From contig CP075493.1 of NCBI GenBank assembly GCA_021613535.1, forward strand, positions 1,798,001 through 1,862,000: 64,000 nt of DNA, in the 5' to 3' direction. The translations under genes and the position numbers were made by a program. Positions within the stretch are counted from its first letter, which is position 1. The number at the start of each line of letters is the position of its first letter. Below, in pieces: positions 29,101 through 45,008 of this stretch. The stretch is from Adineta vaga (taxonomy: Eukaryota; Animalia; Rotifera). The notes under the pieces were generated by a model that saw only the letters and a list, made by a program, of their open reading frames with translations, searched no databases and was not told where the DNA came from.

Positions 29101-31112
29101 AACAACAACAACGAGTAAAAAATGGTCCTCTCAGTTTTCTTTCCTCTATCATTGATTACTAATTGAATTCCATAGGAAATTTCGAACATGTAGTTACATC
29201 AAATTTTCATTATTCTGTTTTTCCATTGATATTTTCAACAAATATTGTGTATGTAAATGATATCAATTAGATAATCGAATGCTTTCGCTATGGTTAATGT
29301 AGTACTTCTGTTTTTCTTTGATGTGACTGAAAGATTTTCTACGCTTCATTATAATGTATGTTGAGAAAACAATATCGAACGATTATTATTCATATGAAAA
29401 AACATAATTAGGAAAACAAAAGGTAACTGATCAAGAAACGACAATGATTAATGATTGATTGACAAATATCTAATAAGAAAAACATGTTCAACTTTGAAAA
29501 ATGATGTGAATATAAGCATGTATAGGATTCATTTCTTATTCATTATTTAATATACAAAAGCATAGAGTGAAGATTTTCTTCGACAATCAAAAGCATCGTT
29601 TGTATATATATAGAAAAATAATGCCGAAAAGAAAGAAAAACTTTTAGATGAATGTAATGTGATGATAGAGAAGAGAGAAGAGAAGAAGAAGAAGAAAATA
29701 GAGAGCAGTCTTTTTCTTCTTTCATCGTATATTCGTTTAGAAAAACTAATAGAGAAAATTCAATCAATAATAGAGCAAAAATCGATTCGATTTTTTCCGA
29801 TCAAATATGGAATGTAAGTTTCTTTTGAATAAAATTCTTTTCATCGAAGTCTTTTAGAAATCAATACCCTATTACTTAGTCGTAACATTTGATTACCTTA
29901 AAGCGAGCTTTAGTTATTTATTAGTCGAAAGATTTTTCTTTAGAGCATGCGATTGGATAGGAATGTATTATGTAGAAAATTTATTGTCTGCTTAAAAAAC
30001 AAACAGTCAAATATTTCTTGAGTGAAAGATATTTTTGCGAAAAAGAAAAAACTAAAGTCACGTGTCGATTGAATTGTCAGGCGAATGTTCGAAACCTACT
30101 ATACTTTAGGGAAATCAAACATTTGATTTCTTGTAACTGAATATTTCATGTTACACATAGTTCAAAGACTACATGATATTCCTATTCGATTATTTGATTA
30201 TATCAGTATCAAAACTTCGAAAACTGTCCTAAATGACGAAAAAAGATAGTAAGACTCGATGTTGTTCATCTCGTGTTTGTTTTCTAATGAATTTCCTAAG
30301 ACAACATATTTATCTTTACGGAAGTTTGCACTGATAGAAGAGAAAACGATTGGTATAACATCGAAGTACATACACGCAATGTGTCTTTCTATTTTCATTA
30401 ATCACATATCAATGAGTTTCTGATAAAGATAAACGTACGAGAAGACGAGAGAAAAATTTTCGAAAAATTCGTCTAAAAAACAGCAACATTGTTTCATAGA
30501 TTTGAAAGACGTTCGATGAATACAGAGAAGATAAATTTAATAGATTCTTATTCATATGGTTCCGACATCTTTGTATTTTTTCTTTCTTCTCCTCTTCCGT
30601 TAACATCCATATTATGAGGAAAAAAGAATGAGTATAGAAATCTTTGTCTGCTATAATATAGAAAACAGACAAGGTAATATTGTGTCCTCTCACAAAATTC
30701 TATTAGCAAAAATATCTTTTCTCTTAACTTTTACAAGAAGTCTACTAATGAGCTCTTTAGATATCGATTCCTTTATTTATGTTATAAATTCACGGATTTC
30801 CCTTGTTGTTTTTTTCCTCGTTACTATGTAACATTACCGATAATGATTTCTTTTGTTTGCTATTAAAAGAGCGAGAGAGACTATACTAATTTGATTCCCT
30901 CGAGAAAATAAGACTATAACAATGTAAAGATTTTCCTTTTTCAACTTAATTGTAGACAGTGTAAGTATATAAGAGATCGATGTTGATATATAATGAAAAC
31001 TTTTCAGTTTTTGATAAGTTCACAACTTGTTCTTGACGTCAGAATAAACTAATTCTTTCTTTTTTCTTCTTTTTCTTAGATTTACGTATGATTTTCTGTT
31101 AAACAATATATA

Positions 31113-33726
31113 ATGTTAATGAGTGAAAACAGCTCATTGAATTGGACATCTTCTATTCCCAAAAATGTCACGACAAGTACGATTACCAATCGTGAACAAA
31201 TTCTTATTGATGGATTTAATACTTATATACAAATTGGAATTGGTAGTCTTCTATTTCTCTTTGGTTTAACATTTAATTGTTTAAGTTTACTTTATTTTTG
31301 TGTTTCAAGAAGTTTTCGAAATACAACATTTCGACTTTATTTTTCAATTATTGCAATACTTGATACCATACGTTTATTTGAATTCTTAGTATTTATTTTA
31401 TTTGATAAAGGTTATCTTAAAGTTACATTAACATTATGTCGCTCAGTATTTTTTACCATTATGTTTACTGGACAGGTAATTTTCTAAATGCTATTTCCAG
31501 AATCAGTAAAGTGCTTCTATTTTTCTTCCTTTGACTTAAAATGGCATACCATTATGCATTGACGTATGTTGATGAAAAAAAAACAAGAACTTTCGTATTA
31601 TCGATTAGATTTTATTCTAGTTCGATAAACAAATTTAAATAGATTTGCTAACATTCACTCACACACATCTGGGAATGTTTATACTTTCGAAAAAAAAAAG
31701 AAAATAATCGTAAAACTATTTATCATATATATATAAATAAATAGTTTTATCATATTATTCTCATTATTTATCCGAAATAGAGCGATCGTTAAAAAATTTA
31801 TCATGTAAATTTTATTAGACGCGTGAAAGTCTCATTAATTTTTCTTTTTTCCTTATTGTACTAGAACATCAACGTCATGATTAAATAGAAACGATGAACA
31901 TATCGACATATAATGAGTAGATCTATATACAAAACTATAACAAGTGATGATAAAGGCAATTTGTTGAGTTTATTCAACTAACATAGAACAAATTATATTG
32001 AAGTGATGTACTTTAAAACAAAGATAACATTGTTGAAGAGACTACGTCATTAAAACCATGAATGTGTTCCTCTTGATTCAATGTCATACATACTTTTCTC
32101 GATGTATGTGATGACAAAAAAAAAGACTAAGAAAACAAGACAATATCGTTTTGTCTTTATAATAAGAACAAAAAAAGACAATGACAAAGAATATTGAAAA
32201 GACTTTTCTATAGATCAAACAAATATGATTTGTTTTTCTATTCTTCTTTCTCTATAGGCAAGTATATGGTTAACAGTTGCATTAGCAATTGAAAAATGTG
32301 TTATTATTTGGTTTCCAATCAAAGGACGTTTATGTTTTACAATGACAATTTCAAAAATTGTACTTATCTTTGTTCTTTGTCTTGTTTTCTTTGCTAATGT
32401 TATCTATCTTCTTCCAACATTTTTCTCTCATACATATGAAAATATGTCCATTCATACATTTATGTGTGTTTGGCATAAAGGTAGTCAAACATCAACAAAT
32501 CGTTATGATCAATGGAAAAAACATTATTTAACATTTAATACCGTGTTTTTTTATTCAATTATTCCATCAATTATATTATTAATTGTTAATTGGTTGATTT
32601 TATATAGTCTATCACGTCACCGAGTTAATTTATCGAAAATTGGTTCTATTGATGCAAAAAATGTTTTGAAACGTGAAAAACAATTTAAAGAAAAAACGAT
32701 TCAATTGGTTCTATCTTCATTCTTTGTTATTATTACTATTTCACCACGATATATTTTAACAATGGTCAATGCATTTGCTACTAATCTTAGTAAAACACCA
32801 TTAATGCCATTATATATTTATGTTAATTTAAATACAGTTTTTCGAGTTTTGGAAATGTCAAATTTTTCATTGAATATTATCTTTGCAATATTAAGGTAAA
32901 TTTTTTCTATTCAAAGTTTTTTCCAAGCAAACAACTTTATTTATTTCTTAGTGGTCAAACATCACGTTTAGAAATTCGTAAAATTCTTTGGGAATGTTTA
33001 TTTTGGCGATTTAAACGAACACAATCCGATCGTAGTACAACCAAATATCCAGCACATGCATTTATTTTCACTGATGATGATGAAGATACAGATCGATCTG
33101 TACAAATTCAAGGTACACCTTATTCTGGATTGAATCTTCGTCAAAATAATAATAATTTATCACCAAAATTAAGTAGTGGCAATTATTCATTTCAATTATC
33201 GCAAACATCAAATTCAACATCAGTTTTCAATTGTTGTGGTTTTAGTATTGATTTATCCAATAAAAATTCACATATGTCACATTCAAAAATATTTCTTGAT
33301 GAATCATCATCACGACGTTCATTCAATAATGTAACTTCAAATAAAATATTAGCAAAAACAGCTTCTTATCCTCAATCAAAAGCTTCCTCTCCAAATGATT
33401 GTTTACTACGACCACAAAAAACTGTATGTTATCGATCGACAAATGTACCACGACCAATAACAAGACGTCGAGCAACAACTCTTGTACAAGCTCGACGTAA
33501 TACACCAGCATCAATTAAAACAACATTAACAACAACAGTTTATCCGTCAATATTACAAGAAAATCAATATCTAGCATCTGAAAAACTACCTTCAATTATT
33601 GATATACCTTCAACAACAAAAGAAGAAAGTAACATAGATCTAATTGCATCACCTGACCCTTCACTTCCCATTTCAACCGATTGTAATGAACCACTTTTAC
33701 CAGCCTATATTATAGAAACATGTTGA
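31113..33726 (+). CDS. Class A (rhodopsin-like) orphan peptide-type GPCR with a long C-tail, 3 coding exons
   Basis: TM1 GLTFNCLS; TM2 YFSIIAILD; TM3 Q|ASIWLTVALAIEK..FP; TM5 YSIIPSIILLIVN; TM6 FFVIITISP; TM7 SNFSLNIIF. Confidence 0.85.
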
Positions 33727-34351
33727 TTTTCTTGTATTTTTTAAAAAATTATCTGTATACTTTTGCATAGTTACTAAACAACGATCTAGATAGATAAAAA
33801 TGAACTGTAATGAGAAATCAAGATCAAAAACCAGGGATACCGGAAGATGATGTAGGTTATAATTTTGTTTTATTCTTGTTGTTTAAAGATAATCGGAAGA
33901 AATCTGTGGTAAGTAGTTCGTTGTTAATCTTCTTTTCTATTGAAATTCATTACGAAGAAACTCGGAAAATAAAGTTTCATTCTCGATATTTCATTTTATA
34001 TAAGATTTGATGAAACATTAAGGAAAAATAAGCTTAAATTTTCTTTCTCGTTTACATAAAACAGGCGACAGAAAGAAAATCCTTTAATACCAGTCTATCA
34101 TCGGAATTAATGAGTGTAACGAAGCATTTCTAAGTGCTCTCTGTCTTTGTTGTAATCATATTACGTATATGACAATCATGTTTTTTTTTCTTTCATAGAT
34201 TATTTTGAAAAGAAATCTATGAACATCTTCTACTCGTTTAGAACGAATTTTATTAAAATGGATCAGAAAAACAAAATCAAGAAATCATCATGTTTTCAAT
34301 CGAAACTAAAACTAAATCATAGGAGATGAGTTTTTTCGCGATCAGATTTAT

Positions 34352-35820
34352 TTATTTATTTGTTGAATGTCCTTTAGTTGCATCACCTTCTGTATAAGCA
34401 CGACTAACAACTTTGCCTTTATCAACAATCAAATATTCTTCACGTTGTGGTCGATCATTCAGCCAATTACCAAGAATTTCTTGAACACCAGTTGCATAAC
34501 GTGCTTGAGCATCTAACGTTGTACCTGAATAGTGTGGGGTCATTGCATGTCGTGGCATTGAACGCCATGGGTGATCTTTTGCTGCTGGCTATAGAACAAA
34601 ACTAATCTAGATATACAATTATTCGTATTCAATCTTACTTGTGGATACCAAACATCACCAGCATAACCTTCGATATGATTTGATTTAATAGCATCAACTA
34701 ATGCATCACGATCCATGATCTTTCCACGTGCTGTATTAACAATATAACTACCTTTTTTCATTAACGATAACATTTTTTTGTTGAACATATGTTCCGTTTC
34801 TGGATGTAATGGACAATTAATTGTAACAACATCACATGCTTTAACTAATGATTCAACATTGGAATGATATGTTACATTAAGATCTTTTTCAATCGATTTA
34901 TCTAAACGAAATTTATCATAATAATGTAAATGAACATTGAATGGTTTAAGACGTTGTAAAACACGAAGACCAATTCTTCCAGCTGCAACTGTACCAACAT
35001 GTTTATTTTCTAAATCATATGCTTTATCAGCTATTCTTGCAATATCCCATTCACCATTGACAACTTGCTAAATAATATGTAAAAGAGAAATTTAATTTTT
35101 CGATTTATTCATTCATTTTCATTTACTTTATATGCTGGAATAAAATTTCGTACAAGAGCCAAAATCTGCATAACTACATGTTCAGCAACACTAACAACAT
35201 TTGAACCTGAGACTTCCGCTATATAGAAAAAAAACCAAAACAAATTTTCATTGAATATCTTCAATAAATTCCGACATACATACCGACAGTAATACCTAGA
35301 AGAAAGAAACAAGTTATTATTTTGTTTTTTATTTCTCAAAAAACATACCTTGTTTACAAGCAGCTTCTAAATTAACATGATCAGAACCGACACCAGCTGT
35401 AATTGCTAATTTTAATTTTTTAGCTTTGTCAATTCGTGTTTGATCGAGATAACATGGCCAAAATGGTTGAGATATAACTACACTTGCTTCTGGTAAGGTT
35501 TTTTCAGCAAGAGAATTTTCACCTTGTTTATCCGATGTAACAACTAATTTTAGACGATCTTCAAGTTTATTAGCTTTAATCCATTCTGGTAAACCTAACG
35601 CATTTTCAACACATCCTAAAATTTTCTTATTTTTCTTTCCAGCTTCACCACCTTTAAAATAAAGAAATTATTTCGAATCTATCCTATTCATTCAAATCAA
35701 ACCTTCATAAAGTACAACTAAAACTGTATGTTGACCATTATTTGTCGATGCATAACGTGCCGATAATAATAAAGAATTCTTATTATTCAAGAAGCTTTTT
35801 TTAATGATCTTACTTAACAT
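34352..35820 (-). CDS. FDH: NAD-dependent formate dehydrogenase (396 aa, 6 exons) with an N-terminal mitochondrial-type presequence
   Basis: Exons 35820-35703, 35651-35349, 35295-35284, 35218-35127, 35067-34639 and 34588-34352 join in frame (1191 nt). Motifs: [84 protein letters not shown]. Confidence 0.95.
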
Positions 35821-35922
35821 GAATGTACCCAGTCAATAAAGAAAGAGAAAAGTAATATGTGAAGTGAAAGTGTGTCTACAGATAGATATAGGTCAACTGA
35901 TCGAGTTTATTTTTCTCTTCTC

Positions 35923-36462
35923 TTATCTATATTTCGATAAACTTAACAAACAATAAACGAAAAGCAAAGAAAGAAAAGATACTGTTTTGATTTGATATGA
36001 TGAATTAATCGATGATGTCGATAGATGAATTCGTTTTAATGATAAAGAAGTTGTAGTTTGAAAATGATTTGTAAGACAATATAATGGATCATTTTGTTCA
36101 ATTCTTTCTAAATTTATTTCACAATATCCATGTTGAATTGATATATGAAAATAAATTGAACGAAAATGATCTTTAAAATAATCTTCTTGACAATTCATTT
36201 TCATATAATCATATAAACAACATAATGTTTCACGAATTTTAATGCAACGAAATGATTTTTCATCACAATTATATGAATTACAAAGAAGATGTTTTTGACA
36301 TTGTCGAGGAATATAATATAAATCTTGATTGATTGATATATTTCTACAATAATTTGATTTTTCCAATGTAAAATTTGTATCAATATCAATTAAATAATAG
36401 GAATTTAATGAGAAACTTGTAATTATTTGAATTGATATACAAAAAATGAAATAATCAATCAT
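35923..36462 (-). CDS. Intronless Cys-rich secreted, possibly GPI-anchored orphan protein (179 aa)
   Basis: Hydrophobic N-terminus, Cys-rich core, Ser/Thr-rich stalk, hydrophobic C-terminus, and AATAAA just after the stop. Confidence 0.65.
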   Translation of the reverse strand: MIDYFIFCISIQIITSFSLNSYYLIDIDTNFTLEKSNYCRNISINQDLYYIPRQCQKHLLCNSYNCDEKSFRCIKIRETLCCLYDYMKMNCQEDYFKDHFRSIYFHISIQHGYCEINLERIEQNDPLYCLTNHFQTTTSLSLKRIHLSTSSINSSYQIKTVSFLSLLFVYCLLSLSKYR

Positions 36463-37040
36463 AATGATAGAAAGAAAGAATAGTTGATCGATTTTGTATT
36501 AAGTAGAAAGAAAGCAACTATTGCATCCGTTTCTCAGACAGACACAATTATATGCTTAACGAAGAGAAATATTATTAGCTCGATTACAAACACAAGATGC
36601 GTGATGATGATGATGATGATGAGAATTGCATACATTGATTATCTCATTGAACAATAAACAAATCTTAAACACTGTTTCACATTACTTATCAAATAAATAT
36701 TAGATACAATTCATACAGATTGAAAAGAATATGTACATTGAAGTATTCACCTTACTATTTTCGATTGTATTCGAAAATGAATATGTTGATGAAGAAGAAG
36801 AAGAAGAAGAAAAAACAACATAGAATAACAATCAAATGAAATCTCTAGATGATATGTATAGACAAGTCAACAAGTTCAATGTCTGATTGGTACTTCTCTT
36901 CTCTTACAATAACAAGAGAAGAAGAAGAATGAATAAATATATATTCAATAATTACCATCTGGTAAGTTTATTCTACTAAAGATAATGAACGTTTGATTGA
37001 CAAGAGTCTTGTTTTATCATTAGGATTAAAATGATGCTAT

Positions 37041-37328
37041 TTATGACAAAGATACATTCGATTGATTTCGAATTCCTTCGACAATCCATTCTACAACATT
37101 TTCTATCAATAGATTTGGTATTTGTTGAAAAAGTTGATAGAGAAAATTCGGTAAACAACAACGAAGTATGGAAAGTTCATTCAATGAAATATGTGCGATT
37201 AATCGAATGAGAATACATTCAATCATATCATGGATCAAATTTGGTAGTTGTATTATTTGTTGAGTAGATGGATTGACATAGGATTTTTTCATCAAGAAAA
37301 AAAGAAATTTAGTGCGCGTAATGCACAA
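37041..37328 (-). CDS. Small hypothetical protein
   Basis: An 83-95 aa ORF with coding-like composition and no recognisable motif. Confidence 0.3.
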   Translation of the reverse strand: MCITRTKFLFFLMKKSYVNPSTQQIIQLPNLIHDMIECILIRLIAHISLNELSILRCCLPNFLYQLFQQIPNLLIENVVEWIVEGIRNQSNVSLS

Positions 37329-37612
37329 TTAATTCTGTTGTTTATTTGAGAAAGAAAAGAAAAAAAAACAAACGGGAGAGAAGAAAATAATAGAAGATGA
37401 TGTTTTTCTCTCTCTCTCTTTCTCTCGATTCCATATAATATCAACATAAAAGAAATGTATGTGGATGTTAAATTTTTCTAATCATAAACTACAGAGGTAC
37501 ATAGAAAGCATCTAGAAAGAGAAAAACACTCGAAATAAAGACGAAGAAAAACGAGAAATATACTAAGAACACTGTTGGCCGGTTCAATATTGTTCATTAG
37601 AAGTGAGTTTGT

Positions 37613-39817
<2,205 letters not shown>

Positions 39818-42800
39818 AATTGTACAACTATAAAATCTAAGAAAAAAATAGACTTCTATGTAGATGAAAACTATTCAGGAGAAGAAGAAGAAGAAAAACC
39901 GGAGTTCACAATAGGAAAAACAACTGATAATCTTCTTCGATGAGGCTAGATGATAAACACAATGGCGATTATTTTCGTTTAATTTTCAAGTTTCTTCTCA
40001 GAATTTTGATTTAAAAATCAATTGAAATTATCTGACGATATTTTTTTAATTAATTACATTGTATTTATTATCATAGCACACTAATGCACTTTGACTACAC
40101 GGGTGGATCGAAAACTTATATGTATACAGCAGAACGAACGAGAGGGGAGGAGAGGGAGAACAGTACAAGACACAAAGCTAAAACCAAAGATTGAAACTAA
40201 ATTTCTATATTCTAATCAATTTTATAAACTATGATCGTTAAAACATACAACGCCAAAAAATAAAATAAAGTTCAAGTCCACAACTAGAAGTACTCATTTA
40301 TAAATATTATGCTGTGATCAAACAATCTTTTTCCATCTAGTTCTCATGATGTGAAGTACCGTAAACAAACACGTCTTTGAAGAAAGATATAAATATCATT
40401 CATAGTATAATATTAAAAAAAAAACATATCAACATTTTGTTAATTGCCGAACTATAACCCCGAGTGTTCGATGAGTGAAATATGGAGTTATTTATTATTA
40501 ACCGGATATGTAGTACAATTCTGTTAAAAGGATAATGAAAGGATAATTTTCAAATATTTTTATATCTTGATGTCTTGTGTTATCTTTCTCGATGAACTAT
40601 CTTGGAAATAATGATCGATGGAAAATGGTAAGTAGGTTTTTAATTTGTTTGAATGTTATAAAATCAAATATTATATTTTTATTAATAAACGTATAGAGTT
40701 CTATTATTTACCTATTAATCGAACTGAGAGGGAGATAAAGAGATTCTATAAACAATTCTTTAAATATAACTATGTCAGACTGATTACTCATTAACAATAT
40801 CCGATTAGTTTCAAATCGTCAATCTGTCATTTGTTGATCTTCTTAGTTTTATAGGTTAATCATGATTTTTTTGTCTCATTTTACAAATGAAAAATATTCT
40901 CTTCAAAATTTCTTATATAATCATCATCTTATCTCAATCAATCAATTTGAGTCATTTTTAAAACATAATAAAATTCATTTGAATAACTAGTCAATCATTT
41001 TATCTCTCATTTAATATACCATAGTTAATGGTTTTGACATTTTTAATTCTCATATTGATTCTCTTTTCAATTTCATAGAGGGAAATCTTACTAAAAATAA
41101 CTTAGAAATACATATAAATGTCAAGATCATACGTAAAACTAAGTTCCTACCAAAAAGACATTTGAAATAATTTATTTCTATTACGTTCGTTTTTTTCTCA
41201 TAAAGGTAAAAGTATTCTTTATCTTAACATCTATGTTAATATTGTATATACGAATTGATTAGATATTCTTTACACAAAAATGCTTGAACATTAGAATAAT
41301 AATGACTATGTTAGTAATAATTGAACAAAATGTGACATATTCGAAATGATTTAGCTCGGAAATGAAGAAATAAATGCGTTTTTATTCTCTTGAACAACGT
41401 CTACAGAAGCAGCTGCTCTCTACATAAAAACCAATTAGATTAATTAAAGTATAAACATGATCGACTTCATAAACAATTTCTTCAAATATTTCCTACGCAA
41501 TTTATTCAACTTGAAAAGAGAAAGAGAACGATTGCATATGATACAGCATGTTTACTCTAAAATACTCTTGATAAAAATAGGAATATAATAAAGAATTAAA
41601 GAATATAGCAATTAAAATTTAGTTATGATGAAGTAGAAAAGAATAGAATAGAATATCTTAGCTTTTAAACATGTTATTAGATTTGCCTTGATGAAAAGAA
41701 AGAGAAAAGATTAATTTCCGTCTTTGAAGACAGATTTTATGATGTATTTATGTGGACAGTAGATCATCCCTTCGAATTCATTACTGTATAGCATACGTTT
41801 TAGTTCTATAGAGTCGAAAAACTCCTCGATGAATACACAACAACAATAGTTCATTACATCCGTCGTGAGTTGATGAATTATAGTTAGTTCAATCTCCGGA
41901 CTAGCATGGGACGTACCTTATTGAACATCATACTGTGTATATGTCAACGGTTAGTAATTTTCTATGAGGAGAAAATTTGTGTTTTCTGACATTTTTTCTC
42001 TTCTTCGTCTAATGTTAATCAATAAATAAACATATAGAAGAAAATTAGAGTGAATGTCAATAAGTAAATCATCTTGAAGAGATATTAACATGTGAAGCAG
42101 ACAACCTGATTTTTCTTCTCCTTTCAAACAATCATTATCATGTAAAAAAAATGTGCTTTTTCCGTTTCGATATGGTAATCATAAATCAGGTTTTTCAGGA
42201 TTGTGATCATGTTTCTTCGGTTAAAGAAAAGAAAAGATTTGTTTTTTGACAATATATAGACTATATTTCATCTTCTTCTATAAATAGTATGAAAGTTTTT
42301 CATTGAGAATCTGTCTATACATTATCGACGCCATAAAAACTGTCATAGAACCTGATCGAGTAAAGTTTCTAGAGGGCAAAAAACAAAAAGTAACAACTAT
42401 ACTTGATTATTGTACTCAGTACGAGCATAATGAGAAACAAGTGCTCTCCTTCGGGATTCTTCTTTCTCATGTCGACACATAATATTTGCCTATTTTCTTT
42501 CTTTCCTTGACTATATCATTTCATTTCATCTGATCACACTTGAAAAACAACTGATAGTATATGCATATATTGATAAATATTCAATAGAACAGATGGTTTA
42601 ACAACATGATTACAATTCCAAAATAAAAACCAACCATCTAATCATAAAAAACTAAGACATCATCTCAATTATTTTCTGTTTCCTTTTTCACATGTCAGTT
42701 TGACAACTGGTTGGTGTATTGAACAAATAAGTAGAATTCTTTAGCATACTCAACAAATATATACTCGCCATAGCTTAAGAATGTTGGAATGGATAAAGTT

Positions 42801-43286
42801 CGTTTTCTTTTCTTTTTTTTTTCTTCTCTTCTCTCTTCGAGTTAGTTACCATGACAGGAAAAACGTCTTTTTCAGTTAATATTACTTCTTTTTTTTGATC
42901 ATGTGATGTATTCTATAATTAACTTGTATTTTGATGTTAATTTATCTTCTTCAAGGATTTCTATAGAATAGGAAAAAGGATATTCAAGATGAGAAATGAA
43001 CAAGGTAAGTTCAAAAGAAAAGCACGTTCTATGAGATTAAAAAAACAACATAATTTCAATTTGATTGAATTCTTTCTTGAGTAGGAGTCTTAGGAAAAGA
43101 AAACATGCTTGATTACATGGAAATTATTCTCTTGAGAAAATCTCTTCTAATTGTTGAATTTTCATCAACTTAGGAAGAAATACGACGTGTTTTTTGTTTT
43201 TAGTCTAAGACACATCAATTGATTTGATATTTCAGATTGACAATGTTATTTTATTAAGTACTAAAAAACCAAATCAATTCAAAATT

Positions 43287-44814
43287 ATGAATACAACGTA
43301 CGCAATTGATGTTTGTGAAGATGTCAAAGATATTTACAATCGTTCTCCAACATGTTTTATCGATGCTCGAGATCTAATTTTACCAGATTGTGATAAAGCA
43401 CTTTTTATTTATCGATTAATATTAGTTAATTGTTATATAACACGAATATTTTTACCAACAACAGCAAGTTTAGTTATTATTGGAACAATTCTTAATCTTT
43501 TTTCGTTATATTGTTTTCTTAAAATGAAAAAACGCAATTCACAAAATGTTTATCTTTCAATTTTGTCATTATCAGATACAATTAATTTACATATTAACTT
43601 CACAATACCATTATTACGGCAACAATTCGATAGTATCAATGATATTTTTGAAAGTTCAATAATTTTATGTCGAATTAATGGATTTTTTACCGAATTTTCA
43701 CTTATCTTTCCATCATGGATTATCGTATTATTGACTTGTGAACGATTAATAAGTATTCTATGGCCATTGAAATGTTATTCATTATATACTCATAAACGTG
43801 CAAAATTGTCCATATTTATCTTAGCTTTTATTATTATGATTTTATGTCTTTATCGTTTTTTTGATCTCAAAGGTATCGATCAAGTTAGTGTGTTTGCTAT
43901 AACTGCATGTGATGATGAAAGTCATCGAAATTTTCGTTTTCTTGTTAATGTAAATCTAATTATTTGGGCAATTTTACCAGAATGTTTAACATTAATTATG
44001 AGTTTAATTATCATTTATAATATTAAATTAGCTACACAATTATTTCAACCATGTCAGTCAAAAGCACGCAAAACTAAATATAATCAAGCAAATAAAACTG
44101 TTTTATTAATGTCAGTCCTATTTTTTGTTTGTCATACACCAACAGGTAAACAATTCTATTAGAAAATATTATAAAATTCAACTTTTTCTTTTCTTTTTTT
44201 CAAATAGGTATTATGATAACACTTCATATTATCTATCAATCACCTAATATGACATTAGGTTTCTTTGTTATACTTGTGACAAGAAAAATTACAGTTATTC
44301 TTTATGAAATAAGTTTATGTTGTAAATTTTTTATTTACAATCGAACATTTCGAAATTTTAAGTAAATATTCTTGTTTTTCTCTCATTTTGAAAATTATTT
44401 ATTTAAATTTGTTTATTTAGAAATATTCTACATACATCAATGACACGTTTTACACGTCAATCAAATTCAGCAAAATTAGGTCGACCGGTATTAGGCATGA
44501 ATTATGTTCGTAATCATCATGCGAAAATCTTTCAATTTGATCAAAATAAACGTCGTCAAAATCATCCGACAAAAGAAACAGATAATTTAGTTCGAAATCA
44601 ACATAAAAATTCGACAAAAACATCTACAAGTACATCAAGAGGAAGTCGAGAACATCATCAACAACATATGGTTGTTGCTATGATGAAAACGAATGCCGAT
44701 ATTCAAGTAAAAGTTTTTGACACACCAAATTTATTACGACGACTTACAACAGATACGAAAGATACATCGAATAATCGATTATTATGGCGAAGTAAACCAC
44801 AAACAACGCTATAA
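43287..44814 (+). CDS. Class A orphan peptide-type GPCR, 3 coding exons
   Basis: GTILNLFS, YLSILSLSD, CRINGF, SWIIVLLTCERLISILWP, WAILPE, FFVCHTP; TM7 LYEISLCCKFFIY. Confidence 0.85.
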
Positions 44815-45008
44815 GTCAAATAAAAATATCCATTCTTTTTTTTTGTTGTTTTCAAAGAAAAAAAGAAAAGAAGAGAAGAGATCTTTGCGTAGGAAATTTA
44901 ATTTATCAATTATAGACTTTGCTTATGATAAGAATTAGAGATTATTCGTATTATCATCAAGTTGATATAGACTCTTTTTTTGCAATGGAGGCGAAAGAAA
45001 AAAGTGAT

